Shown one piece after another: positions 37,301 through 43,721 of a DNA stretch of 64,000 bases. The stretch spans positions 158,991 to 222,990 of the forward strand of contig CAZYPN010000002.1 in NCBI GenBank assembly GCA_964649085.1. Reading direction: 5' to 3'. Numbering within the stretch: position 1 is the stretch's first letter; the number at the start of each line of letters is the position of its first letter. This DNA comes from an uncultured Burkholderiales bacterium (lineage in GTDB: Bacteria; Vulcanimicrobiota; Xenobia; Xenobiales; JADMJV01). A program made the translations under genes and the position numbers. Under the pieces are notes generated by a model. The model did no database searches. It saw only the letters and a list, made by a program, of their open reading frames with translations, and was not told the DNA's origin.

Positions 37301-38109
37301 ACCAATTGGAAGAGGTGCGGGCCCGCCTGGACCTGCAGGTTGCCGATCTGGACCAGGAACGCGCCCGACTGCAGAAAGAGTCGGATCAACTCCGTCAGGA
37401 GCTGCAGACCTCGGGGCACCGCCTGCGCGAACAGGAAGAACGAGCACGTCTGCTTCAGGCCCAGCTCAACGTGGCCATGCAGCAGGCCGAAGAGGCCGAT
37501 CACCTGCAGCTCATGCAGATGCAGTATGAGCAAGACCTTGCCCGTCTACGCGGAGAACTGGACCAGAAACAGGCCGAAATCGACCAGCTGCAAGCCCAGG
37601 CCCGCAGCCTGTCTCGATTGCCCAACGAACTCAGCGACCGGTCGCGTCGACTGGAAGAACAGCAGGCCGAAATCCAACGGCACCGCAGTCGGGTGGACGA
37701 ATTGGAGTCGGAACTCTCGGATAGCCGTTTCTGGCGCCGAGATGCGGAAACGCGCCTGGAACGCAGCCAGCAATCGCTGGCCGAGGCCCAACGCAGCCTG
37801 GAAGCCGCCCGGCTGGAACGCGAAGAGCTGCGACGACAACTCGACGAACTGCGCGGCCAGGATGTTCGCACCCCCTACCTGCGCGCCCAGGAAGAACTGG
37901 CCGCCCTGCGTCAGGAACTGGCCCAGGCCCGAAAGCGAGAGGAACGACCGCCCGAGCCCACCCCCGAGGCCAGCCCCCCGCCACCCCGCTCGCGCCCCAC
38001 CAGCCGTAAAGCGCCTGCCAGCAAGCCTCAGGCCTGGACCCTGTTGGAGGGCTCCGAGACCAGCAGCGATCCGGCCGGTGGTGGTCTGGAGTTACCGGGG
38101 TTCTCGTGA
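25381..38109 (+). CDS. Giant (4242 aa) coiled-coil protein, Q/E/L/R-rich, modular repeats, Pro-rich basic C-terminal tail
   Basis: Uninterrupted 12,729-nt ORF. Heptad-like Leu spacing throughout, e.g. 'LQQRLNESD...LEQLAQQL'. No enzymatic motif. C-terminus 'RKREERPPEPTPEASPPPPRSRPTSRKAPASKP...'. Start GTG at 25381 (uncertain; next ATG at 25459). Confidence 0.8.
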   Translation: MSHQQPITLQERLENIKQRASAVRGQMEGRPTRTDETREDWGAVGASLQVRLEQLSQRLQERDRQLAELQQRLNESDSGQGLRRKQLEQLAQQLSSSLDEKKVLQGQLHSAESQRQQLELQLQLVRDQLQEQQKLLGQSQGRVHDLRQELLQQQRRVRVVDRLQLQLDEAGLNLDDLLHSLAQLEGDSPLLQALRDQIGQLQGQLEASQQREQRLLQHLQDLKARQQDLEAEKNHLGSDFAELHRQLLENQRELGQARGELKRWMELRSEVDPELPREVQHLRERSQKLEAKLRQAVLALGESRQATEQEREARELAEQLLGKSQQRLVQLEVELDEQVSALQNSWEDVSRLEQELEQSRHHNRSLQLQVGSSDELQQRLLQSDQQAQELQQRLAHSDQETQQLRQQLQESRQQAASSAQQLEELEQQRSQLEQRLERAQLVLHELQNRAAEGQQEQVLRQQWEERALKAQARFHQAVERLRSQTEQLRQQQADLENWQLRSEQVQQSLEDSQERQVQLRRQLERWQEISGEWQRVAEVGQEGTAFLEQRLAEHQEQQLQAQQHSQELQQGLIQYQQDILQLGQALAELEESNRSLETELGLTRQERDQLHLRVEQLVEEGRARQHGFEQRWDKLKTRLGQVQSDLEYSQQRGLMLQDKLQQVVEVVREEKHAHQQTRQQKDQLQEALAQLQESARQKDSLLEQQRQELDTQSMALEESWEEAHRLGEDLERERQSAAQLRQQLQELRAQQDSLREERDALREHFEELLQQTDLEREESARELQRQLELNHEQTRALQLRLKEVSEELLSVQQRLQKAQQKLLQAVDSLRQERLLRQELSQQIDERDLMLEEQTQLLAQRAEELASAQHRWSSTDQQRQQLQANHLTTVAELEALRQEYETQVLALEESWEEASRLQESLDSERTRAQALEQQWAQAQQAQVQLLSQLDQLQAAYSELQSRHSGALEQQQQEQQALEQLHLQTTTLQEHLKHRVDQLQQLKALRDQSQQRALALEEKLRQAVVRLAEEKQARQQLAQQNDQLIAQLAQLEQEARQSQSDLVAVRQELETQLMALEESWAESSALQAALNEARAGAEQERKAHEEARARVEILQKAHQHEVSLREELEQELEELLQLQLQLEEEKQSHRHTGQNLEQVRQRLLAVEQERDQSEQRSQALEAKVLQLAELLKQHQQLRQAEKLKAQDRLQKFSDEVRQLRQQLSTSEEESATQQLALQEAWSEMSQLQEQLEAEQQKLLQLTEERGRLQVDMAELLAHSQLESQRSQQQIGELRTEIQALLGQRHKLVDELNTRGGQLKQLASNQGALLDQVKRQHQQIDTLRAQMEAREDDVAGLQRQLEEEEQQRRHLLDELEVATQASDLLQQELGERENELQSLHERLTRLDAALNQAQQQVSLLESQREASQAQLQQLSHNHAEQMDELTRQLQRREQELETLRQIEAGAQQALAQAQEELNRSQHQQQTQQQQLQHHRQEQSRLQETVERLGQRLSQVGGAFQQAKLQLAARTQQLQQVQDSRQQLEEELVLAQAHGQRETVRADEQLERADLLEARLEQLTAQQQELLVQVEQLHQQRVPREEWQALERQARAGDQEIQGLKAQLTDLQLALQQSEEWRESQQREREALESRLERTRQELVQAVEIQQGLKERLLSVVEKFRHSEALRQRQQEELEGLQEERRNWQLLEQELQGRVVQLEQMALEGHQQLSQERQQHEQQLLERDQLLESFRNELEQARDQVDQLARELIEAQDRTFQLQQELEVNEDESQRDRTRREELNSLVASLEQQLRQLGEESASRQEQLEDQLVHQEGQLKSGQQALLQAQSQLRLLQTERDKLVRAYQQSRQALIEHQQQAVEQQQKWEQVASELRVTRTQLGKTQEELQLAHLQVETLEGDLQRLESQRDELAQRSDSRFQEYENELAQLTVELTEKRQEAYRLRNSGEGLRQENQSLTRRLEETLREKTELTQRREFETQQFKSVLEQLLGQRQLLESKLKEVAAQRKEFLLELKRERQLSNQQQQDLTQLQTRFDESQALLQQQLQQLEQVRGYFDEARQQGQQLQQQLQQELGRSSQLEEQLHHHQEGWQRDRGQLEQERQQRQRLEVEVEAGQRQRGQLESQLDQQRAQIEGLEVELTRLQAESHQDQQRLKQEAELLQRQLEQLSSQRQGLMDKLKTVAGERADLKQALQAQQEELAEIQLRREVLELRLVQVEGERDLLQSESEQYRQRVDELEERLERSASDFQQAQEQLQLLSELRAQGARQEQQLQALEWGREADGQKIGELQQRLEQVDQQRQALEVELAQARGRLEEAAVRREELQSEIEDAARQLQGLRFEASELRQSQQKSKESLLLSQQKVEQLEAELGELRTQHQQLQEQSARNEEELRLLLRQSQQESEEHRQLSEELLQQTREQLEQKEAHLLKLVDTLGRAKDRMRDQKARVAELESELAQVREQAQEHFQRLIRVTREREDLSELKQRELGELQRQLQAASAELEQRQRELLALEAQNQLQQRELVELSRQEVAAEEQRTLLQSQLFELEQQLRSAAEDKQQLERERDSWQDRQEQTQNELEQLSIEHREVLDSRQQLQAELERLSVQLSQLEEHSSSDLQQREQQIQKLGEAYAKIRQRFVENQQQLAEAQAEQAALRQRNEQIEAELGQAHERLEQLQSEARQLEAQVHERQLELQDQQQQLEQQRNELTRLGQESEKQRFELQRLAPLEAQNQAQQRELMALSRQEAELEEQRQRLQSNLEQLNLRQQKLEGELAESERRHSKLQAEHLKLQQKQATAEAQLESQQQEVERLQTEHRLARREVEELQEQLQQREVSTQKLGEAYAKVRQKLVETQQQLAEAQAEAEQQQRRADRLEDDLGGLKEELRLATFERSAAEERWRGASQQVQQAGEERERLSQLNEELKSNLRHTQQLQQQGEADLVELKLQLQQEQERAGQLQQKLQQAIGRLQHTKQALQQRQDELLAGKEEKLQLESELEQRQQAYSELEQQLRQAQQRLAELEPEVEGQRGLRLELHGLRSQLDSLQHQLQRAQQREQALESRLEQAQVQEQELTGKLQRSQAKERELEHQLQRSQQREREIDSQLQRAGSRERDLEQQLRAGVEQEERLRAQLTQAWSDLQQSELLQQRLQDELSQSRSQGSRREKQVAGLEEQLAGLQESLERARLDGEKQLEQHRERESQLLEQLEKLGEALKLHRSKANEALAGLKQRSEEVSGELQLSLQERLELRTRLDQQEHLLEELHHEVDTRRQREAHLEQALAEARRRGGELQARAGELAQSLDESQNFRRLLQEELAQQREQSQHDLDTLNARLHEAESRGRDLEETRSLLLEQEQKAHELSLKLREFQQSAILQETELQQLRQSLKHEEGKLQQQQKAQLHQQEMHQQRVLQLQQDLADLEGRLEESERNNHKREQIIGQLKQRLGQAMQDLSQRQTELHESQLSLERAGRELELSRSDGLGKEARIAELEQDLEQRIQRANSAQQEVEKLWQRLQREEEQRAQLASDLERHQQEADRLQQQLDEATLEKRQLLLDLDDAANQKLQLALELDRSLEQKTAEIQRWQKLQEEQQRRQDDLEGRLLLAQQRIEVLTGELEEREARLQAERKSAQDRQQELRGRLERQVLEAQAQQLEREARVQQLEREQRKQAEELERQLQELQTQRSALEGELASLKALGQSSQASYQARIEQMQREYEGLQRQLSEQEEEVHQQRLRVSQLEADQVLLKQALHQSETAAQQQLQRLERLQLEREALEQQLRQQEELAHKLSQRAEAAGQEGEELQRRLEDEQLLRQSQWDDMNTRLVEAERRHAESERAREELSHRLNDGQLNYEMQLSELRRQLDQARLRLEREGEFVQGLQERLKESQAAQIRLQQEQGEGRQQLLEAQAELERAQQAMERTLSEMQLQERKVELSRESQEQQRQLLLQRESELHQLEEVRARLDLQVADLDQERARLQKESDQLRQELQTSGHRLREQEERARLLQAQLNVAMQQAEEADHLQLMQMQYEQDLARLRGELDQKQAEIDQLQAQARSLSRLPNELSDRSRRLEEQQAEIQRHRSRVDELESELSDSRFWRRDAETRLERSQQSLAEAQRSLEAARLEREELRRQLDELRGQDVRTPYLRAQEELAALRQELAQARKREERPPEPTPEASPPPPRSRPTSRKAPASKPQAWTLLEGSETSSDPAGGGLELPGFS
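32950..34030 (+). repeat. Two diverged ~640-655-nt direct repeats inside the giant coiled-coil gene
   Basis: 'EAQNQ(L/A)QQREL(V/M)(E/A)LSRQE' at ~32957 and ~33610. 'QKLGEAYAK(I/V)RQ(R/K)(F/L)VE(N/T)QQQLAEAQAE' at ~33298 and ~33938. Confidence 0.5.
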
Positions 38110-39107
38110 GGCAGCTGCTGCTTCAGTCACCGATCTTTCTCGAGCACGACACCGGTCGTCACGTGGAGAACGCCGCAAGGCTGCAAGCCATTCAACAGCA
38201 GCTCGTAGGTCTGGAAGGCTGGCGGTCTGCCAGCCCCCGAGCGGCCAGCGACGACGAACTGTTGCTGGCTCATCAACCCTCCCACCTGCAACACCTGCTT
38301 CAGCTGCAAGCCGAGGGTGCGCGCTGCGTCGATGCCGACACCGTCCTTTCGGCACGCAGCCTGGAGGCAGCCCGTCTGGCCGCAGGTGGGGGGCTGCTGC
38401 TGGTGGACGAGGTGCTGAGTGGCGAGGCCGACCTGGGCTTCGCCCTGGTGCGCCCCCCGGGCCACCACGCCACGCCCGACCGCGCCATGGGCTTCTGCCT
38501 GTTTTCCAATGTGGCGCTGGCCGCCCTCTACGCCCGCCAACGTTGGAAGCTGGAGCGCATCTTCATCCTCGACTGGGATGTACACCACGGCAATGGCACC
38601 CAGGACTGCCTGCTGGAGCATCCCCAGGTCACCTTTTGTTCGCTGCACCAATGGCCGCTTTACCCGGGTTCGGGCTGGCACGACGAGCGCGGCCAGGGCA
38701 ATCTGTACAATCTGCCGATGCCGGCCGGCTGCGGCGACGCCGAGTACTTATTTGCGCTGGAAAAGCTGGTTGGACCCTTGCTGGACAAGGTCCAGCCTCA
38801 ACTGATCCTGCTTTCTGCCGGCTACGACGCCCACCAGCGCGACCCGCTGGGTTCGATGGAAGTCACCACCAACGGCTTTGCTGCCATGGCCTCCTGGCTG
38901 CGCCAGCGAGCGACGCAATTGCGGGCACCTTTATTGGGCTTTCTCGAGGGAGGCTACGACCTGCGCGGACTGTCCGAATCGGTAGCGGCTACGCTGCAGG
39001 CCTGGTCTCGGCCGGGCCCGCTCAGCCCGGTGGAGGCTCGGGCATTGAGCAGTGGGGTCCTGCAGAGGATCTACCAGGCTCAGGCAAGCTGGCAACTCGA
39101 GGGCTGA
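38106..39107 (+). CDS. Histone deacetylase-family enzyme (HDAC/AcuC/acetylpolyamine amidohydrolase class)
   Basis: 'LVRPPGHHA', 'GFCLFSNVALAA', 'ILDWDVHHGNGTQD', 'SAGYDAHQRDPLGSMEVT' are the HDAC-fold catalytic and Zn-binding blocks. GTG start overlaps the giant gene TGA (GTGA at 38106-38109). Confidence 0.85.
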   Translation: MRQLLLQSPIFLEHDTGRHVENAARLQAIQQQLVGLEGWRSASPRAASDDELLLAHQPSHLQHLLQLQAEGARCVDADTVLSARSLEAARLAAGGGLLLVDEVLSGEADLGFALVRPPGHHATPDRAMGFCLFSNVALAALYARQRWKLERIFILDWDVHHGNGTQDCLLEHPQVTFCSLHQWPLYPGSGWHDERGQGNLYNLPMPAGCGDAEYLFALEKLVGPLLDKVQPQLILLSAGYDAHQRDPLGSMEVTTNGFAAMASWLRQRATQLRAPLLGFLEGGYDLRGLSESVAATLQAWSRPGPLSPVEARALSSGVLQRIYQAQASWQLEG

Positions 39108-39242
39108 TCTGGATCATCGTTCTCCGCTTTGGGGCCGACTATAGTCCACAGGGCTCTGGCAGGAGTCCGCTTCCGTCGCTCGATATCCTGGTAACGGCTT
39201 CGCTTAGAGCGATGACGGGGGTCACTTACCTGGAGGTAACTT

Positions 39243-40382
39243 ATGAAGACAACAACGCGCAATCTTTTCGGAGGTCTGGCCCTCACGGCGGCCCTGGTTT
39301 CCGGCTGCGGCGACGAGGAATTCGCCGCCTTCCTGGGACGTCAGCTCAATTTTCTGCTGGTGCCCAACACCGCCAGCACCAACGTAGACATTCGCCTGCT
39401 CGAACAGGGCAGCGGCATTCCCGGCCCCAATGTGCAGGTAGCCACCGGCAACCACCCCACCATGGTCGCCATTACGCCCAATGGCGCTTTAGGCTATGTG
39501 CCCAACGCCGACGAGGTGGGCAGCATTACGGGCTACAACATCGACGCTTCCAACAGCAACTTTGTGCAGGCCCCCGGCTCGCCTACCCCGGTAGACTTTC
39601 CTCCCTGCACCTTGAACATCCACCCCAGCGGGCGCTTTATGTATGCCGTGGGCGACAATGACATCACCGGTTTTGGCATTGGCGAAACCGGCGCGCTCAC
39701 TCCTCTGGCGAATACCAGTTTCGAATTCGGTGGCAAGGCTACGGTAGGCATTACGCCAGGCGCCTTCTTCCGCAATGGTCAATTCTTCTTCCACAACGCT
39801 GGCTTTGAGGGAGTCGTGGCCTTCGAGGTCAACGGCGACACCGGGGCCCTTACCGGTGACTTGCCCGTAATCCAAGGCAAAGGTCCGTCGACCTCCATTG
39901 CCCGGCTGCCGAACACCGAAATTCTGCTGGTAGCACGACGAGATTTTGGCCAGGAAGATGCCCGCAGTGAGCAACTGCAAGGCCACAGCGACGGCGTGCT
40001 CGAGAGTTACCGGATCGAGGCCAATGGTAGTGCAACCTTCCTCGACTCCGAACCCTTCCAGGCCGACCCGATGGGCGTGGTGGCCAGCACACGCGGCTTT
40101 GCCTATGTGGGCACCAGGTCTACCGGCTCGGGGGTGCTGGCCTTCCAGGTGGACGCCAACGGCAACATCTCCAACGAGGTGGCCTTTGCCGCCGGTGCCG
40201 AGGACAGTTCCTACCCGGGCGTGGACCCCTCGGGCAACTTCGTCTTCGTTTCGGCCCAGAATACCAATCAGGTGTTCGGATTTCGAATCGACGACGTGGG
40301 CAACATGATCGCGCTGGCCGGTTCACCGTTTGCCGGTTACCTGGCCCCCGGCGTGCCCACCCTGGCCTTCTATCAACTGTAG
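39243..40382 (+). CDS. Lipoprotein, 7-bladed beta-propeller lactonase-like (Pgl/3-carboxymuconate cycloisomerase-like fold)
   Basis: Signal peptide plus lipobox 'LTAALVSGCG'. Repeated propeller-like segments 'FMYAVGDNDITGF', 'FVFVSAQNTNQVFGFRID'. SD 'GGAGGT' 7 nt upstream. Confidence 0.5.
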   Translation: MKTTTRNLFGGLALTAALVSGCGDEEFAAFLGRQLNFLLVPNTASTNVDIRLLEQGSGIPGPNVQVATGNHPTMVAITPNGALGYVPNADEVGSITGYNIDASNSNFVQAPGSPTPVDFPPCTLNIHPSGRFMYAVGDNDITGFGIGETGALTPLANTSFEFGGKATVGITPGAFFRNGQFFFHNAGFEGVVAFEVNGDTGALTGDLPVIQGKGPSTSIARLPNTEILLVARRDFGQEDARSEQLQGHSDGVLESYRIEANGSATFLDSEPFQADPMGVVASTRGFAYVGTRSTGSGVLAFQVDANGNISNEVAFAAGAEDSSYPGVDPSGNFVFVSAQNTNQVFGFRIDDVGNMIALAGSPFAGYLAPGVPTLAFYQL

Positions 40383-40436
40383 GCCATAGCAGCTCCTTGA
40401 ACAGAAAAGCCCGGGCTCCGGCCCGGGCTTCTTCGT

Positions 40437-42311
40437 TCAGGGGTGCTGGCGTCGCCAGAGGATGGCTGGATACACGGTGCTCCAAAGCTGTACGGGGTTG
40501 GACTCGTTTTCGCCGCCGCCGTGAAAAGCACGAGCCACGACGCCCTGGCCGGGTTCGATCGCAAAGCCCCACAGCTCCGAATGAGCCAGCTTGCCGGCCC
40601 GGGCCTCGGCCGCGTCGAGACGGGACAGCACTTTTTCAATGCGCTCCTGGAGCTCCGGAAAACGCTGCTGTTGTTGAATCAGCCCGGCCGTCAGCATGGC
40701 CGATTGCCACGACCAGATCACCGATCCGTGGTAAGCGCGCCGCCCCAGCGACTCGAAGTGTCGAGGGCTGTAGGCCGGATTGGCCACCACCGGGCCCACT
40801 TCGGTCATCAGCCCCAGCGGGAAGTGGAGTTCCAACAATCGCAAGGCCGTCTCGACCTCCAATCGTTCGGGCTGGCCCAGGAACAGCTCGAAGCTGAAGT
40901 CGCTGTTGACGACCTCCACGGCCTTTCCCTGGTCGTCGAGAGACAGGGCCCAAAAGCGCAGCCCTTCGTCGCCATGTTGCAGAAACTGACCCAAGGTGGG
41001 CCCCCCGGGCTCGATTTCGCGGCTCAGAAAAAACCTCGCTTCGGCCTGGGGCAGATGAGCGAGAAACCTTTGCAGGCGCTGGCGAACCTCGCTGCCGGAA
41101 AGTTCTACCTGGTAGGCAGGGGCCACGCGCTCACGCCAGGCCAAAGCCATCTCTCGGGCGGCCGGCTCCTCGGCGGCCAGCGCCTCGAGGGCGGCCGGGA
41201 CCAGGGTCAGGTTAACATTGCCGGGATAGCGCCCGCCCCCCAGCCCCTCCTGCGAATCACGCCACTCCCCCACCGACAGGCCCGGGCGTAAGGCCACTCC
41301 CCGGGAAGAAGTCTGTAGAGCTGCCGCCTGAGCCAGTACATATTCGGCATTGCGCCGGACCTGGGGTCCGCGAGAAAATCCAGGAGCCCGAGCCAGGGCG
41401 ATGGGCAACAGGAAGTCGTCATCGATCATCTTGTAGTCGTAGAGAGGCCGCTGACTGACGCGGCCTTCCTCGACCCGATGGCGGTAAGAGGCCCAATCGC
41501 CCAGGTCTTCTTCGTGGGCCACCTGGCCGTCGGCCGAGAGGCGACCCAGCACCGACTCCAGCCCCTGAGCATAGGCCTGGGGGGTGAGCACGGGCTGCAG
41601 CAACATGAGCGATAGCAACGTGTCGCGGCCAAAATAGGTCAGAAAGCGCCAGGACCCGGCCATCCACTTCTGCGGGCCCACCAGAAACCGCAGGCCCTCG
41701 AGCGCCTCCTGGCAGCGCCGCCGCTGAGCGGTAGGCAACTGCTGCATCCAGCCCAGGGCCCGAGGTTCAATCAGCTCCTCAAGGGCGTAGACCGGCTGGG
41801 GGGCATAGGGAATGCGAACCTGGCCTTCGAGCACCTCTCCCCGTTGGCGCAGCCCCAGGTGATAGCCCGAACGGGTCCACCATTGCCAGCCATTCTGACG
41901 ACGATAGACCTCGCGCTGGCCTCGCCCACGCCGCACGCGTTCCGCTCCCTGCGGTCCAAGTTGCTCGCGGTCGCGGATGGTGCGGATACTGTCGAGCAAG
42001 ACTTCCTGAACTCGCAGCGAGCCCCGAACTCGCAGCTTGAAACGCAAGGTCTGGCCGGCCGCGTCGGCCCCAAAGTTGGGCTCTTGAAGCCAGCTCAAGC
42101 GGGCCCCGGAAAACCACAGGGCCACCCCGCTGTTCTGGCTGGGAAAGGCCAGAATCAGCCGAGACTCGGGGCGAAGCAGAGCATGAACCTGTCCCTTGCT
42201 CTGCTGCACAAAGCGATGGTCCTGACCCCCTTCGCTGCGCCGAAAGCGCAGTTCGTCGGCGGGCACAGCCCAGCTTAAAGCCAGGCTCAACAGAAATACG
42301 GACCATCGCAT
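40437..42311 (-). CDS. Secreted six-hairpin glycosidase-like protein (glycogen-debranching/GDE_C-like)
   Basis: Track ORF 40437..43556 trimmed to Met 'MRWSVFLLSLALSWAVPA' (signal peptide). 'LTYFGRDTLLS' and 'GSVIWSWQSAMLTAGL' resemble (alpha/alpha)6 GDE-like hydrolases. The upstream 415 aa of the track ORF is antisense to a better gene. Confidence 0.45.
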   Translation of the reverse strand: MRWSVFLLSLALSWAVPADELRFRRSEGGQDHRFVQQSKGQVHALLRPESRLILAFPSQNSGVALWFSGARLSWLQEPNFGADAAGQTLRFKLRVRGSLRVQEVLLDSIRTIRDREQLGPQGAERVRRGRGQREVYRRQNGWQWWTRSGYHLGLRQRGEVLEGQVRIPYAPQPVYALEELIEPRALGWMQQLPTAQRRRCQEALEGLRFLVGPQKWMAGSWRFLTYFGRDTLLSLMLLQPVLTPQAYAQGLESVLGRLSADGQVAHEEDLGDWASYRHRVEEGRVSQRPLYDYKMIDDDFLLPIALARAPGFSRGPQVRRNAEYVLAQAAALQTSSRGVALRPGLSVGEWRDSQEGLGGGRYPGNVNLTLVPAALEALAAEEPAAREMALAWRERVAPAYQVELSGSEVRQRLQRFLAHLPQAEARFFLSREIEPGGPTLGQFLQHGDEGLRFWALSLDDQGKAVEVVNSDFSFELFLGQPERLEVETALRLLELHFPLGLMTEVGPVVANPAYSPRHFESLGRRAYHGSVIWSWQSAMLTAGLIQQQQRFPELQERIEKVLSRLDAAEARAGKLAHSELWGFAIEPGQGVVARAFHGGGENESNPVQLWSTVYPAILWRRQHP

Positions 42312-42359
42312 CGGAAAGGTTTCCAAATCCAGGGTTCCCAGGCCTTCTGGAGAAGCTGG

Positions 42360-43721
42360 GTGGCTATGGCCGGTCCTTCGGAACTGGAGAATTTTCTCAA
42401 AGAGCAGCAGGCCGAGGGCGTGCTCGAGTCCCAGGGCAAGTTCACCATGGCCCGGGAAAAGGCCCTGGAGAAACTGGCCGCCTTCCAACTGCCCCGCGAC
42501 ACCGCCTGGATTCTCAAAATCGTCCAGGCGGCCGTGCGCTGCGGAGCGCCCGGGCTGGACATCCGTCAGACCAGTACCGACACCGAGTTTCGCTTCCGCT
42601 GCCCCGAAAGTTGGACGCTGGAAGCTCTGGACGCCGCCCTGGTCGACCCCGAAAACAGCGAGGACCTGGGGCTGGATCACCTCAAACGCGGGCTCTGGAG
42701 CGTGGGCATCAACGGGCTGCGCCCCTTTCACTGCAGCCTGCCCGGGGCCGACAAGGCTCTGGTTTGGAACGGGAAAGATTTTCATCAGCCACCGTGTCAG
42801 GTGACGCCCGACTTTCACCTTACGGTGTCTCACCGCACGGTCTATGAGGGCAAGGGCCTGCCGCTGCTCCGGTCGATTGAGGCAGCTTCGGGCAATGCCA
42901 CCCTGGCCCGCGAACTTCGTGATCATGCCTTCACCTGCCCCATTCCTCTCAGCCTGGACAAACGCCGTCTCGACGCCCTGCAGCTGTGTCCCGGCCACGG
43001 CTATTCCAAAACCAGCTATCCGGCCTACCTGGCCCTGGCCTCGGGGCAACTGCCCGACCTTCCCCTGCCCCCGGGCACCTTTGGCGGCTACGATATGCCC
43101 TCTGGCGGCGATGCCCAACTGAAGAAGCTGCTGCATCAGGTGGCCCAACCCCAACAAATCGCGGTAGCCGCCCTGATCGCCATTCATGTCGAGCGAGTCA
43201 CCGAGAACAAACGCACCTTTTGGCGGCGCCACCAAAGCGACCATCATTTTTACTGGGTGCGCGACGGGGTGGTGGTCAGCCGCCAAAGCCTTGCAGGTTT
43301 GCGAACCTCGCCGGTCAGTATGGCGGTCATCGCCAGTGCCGAAGGTTTGCCCAGCGACCTGAGCGCCTTCAGCGTAGTGCAGAACGCCGAAACCCAGAGC
43401 CGCCAGCGTGACGCGCTGCTCGCCATCTGGCCCCGTCTGCAGCAGGCCCAAATCCAGCTCAAGCCGCTGATCGAAAGCAGCCAATCTTACGGCCGTCTGG
43501 GGGGTGGGCTGCTGATCGGTGCGGGCGGCCTGATGATGCTGGCCTCGCCCATTCACGGGCTGGGTTTTATGGGCTGGGGTCTATTCACGCTGATTCAGGC
43601 CGGGCAAGACGAGGTGGAACTGGAGAACGCTTTGCAAAGCGAACTCCAGAGCCTGCAAGCTCAGTGGGAGCAAAAGGTGTTGCCCACTACTTCCCAGCCC
43701 CGCTCACCGTGGAGCTGGTGA
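42360..43721 (+). CDS. Hypothetical protein with C-terminal hydrophobic hairpin
   Basis: Protein-like composition. SD 'GGAGAAG' before the GTG start. C-terminal 'GGGLLIGAGGLMMLASPIHGLGFMGWGLFTLI'. Overlaps the convergent permease gene by 35 nt. Confidence 0.45.
   Translation: MAMAGPSELENFLKEQQAEGVLESQGKFTMAREKALEKLAAFQLPRDTAWILKIVQAAVRCGAPGLDIRQTSTDTEFRFRCPESWTLEALDAALVDPENSEDLGLDHLKRGLWSVGINGLRPFHCSLPGADKALVWNGKDFHQPPCQVTPDFHLTVSHRTVYEGKGLPLLRSIEAASGNATLARELRDHAFTCPIPLSLDKRRLDALQLCPGHGYSKTSYPAYLALASGQLPDLPLPPGTFGGYDMPSGGDAQLKKLLHQVAQPQQIAVAALIAIHVERVTENKRTFWRRHQSDHHFYWVRDGVVVSRQSLAGLRTSPVSMAVIASAEGLPSDLSAFSVVQNAETQSRQRDALLAIWPRLQQAQIQLKPLIESSQSYGRLGGGLLIGAGGLMMLASPIHGLGFMGWGLFTLIQAGQDEVELENALQSELQSLQAQWEQKVLPTTSQPRSPWSW

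Noticed and set aside
25555-37984. Many long antisense or off-frame ORFs inside the giant gene (e.g. 26548..27672 -, 30520..31608 -, 31630..32820 -, 33790..35016 -, 35476..36120 -, 31958..32794 -)
   Set aside because: The sense frame is dominated by CAG/CTG/GAG/CGC codons, so the reverse complement (CTG/CAG/CTC/GCG) is automatically stop-free. The antisense translations are Leu/Gln/Ala low-complexity strings.
37340-39661. 773-aa plus-strand ORF spanning the giant gene 3' end, the whole HDAC gene and the lipoprotein start in another frame
   Set aside because: Arg/Pro/Ala/Gly-rich nonsense composition. The HDAC frame has all catalytic motifs.
42312-43556. N-terminal 415 aa of the 1039-aa minus-strand ORF 40437..43556
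   Set aside because: That part is antisense to the better plus-strand gene 42360..43721 and has Gly/Ala/Gln-rich junk composition. The real minus-strand gene starts at the signal-peptide Met at 42311.
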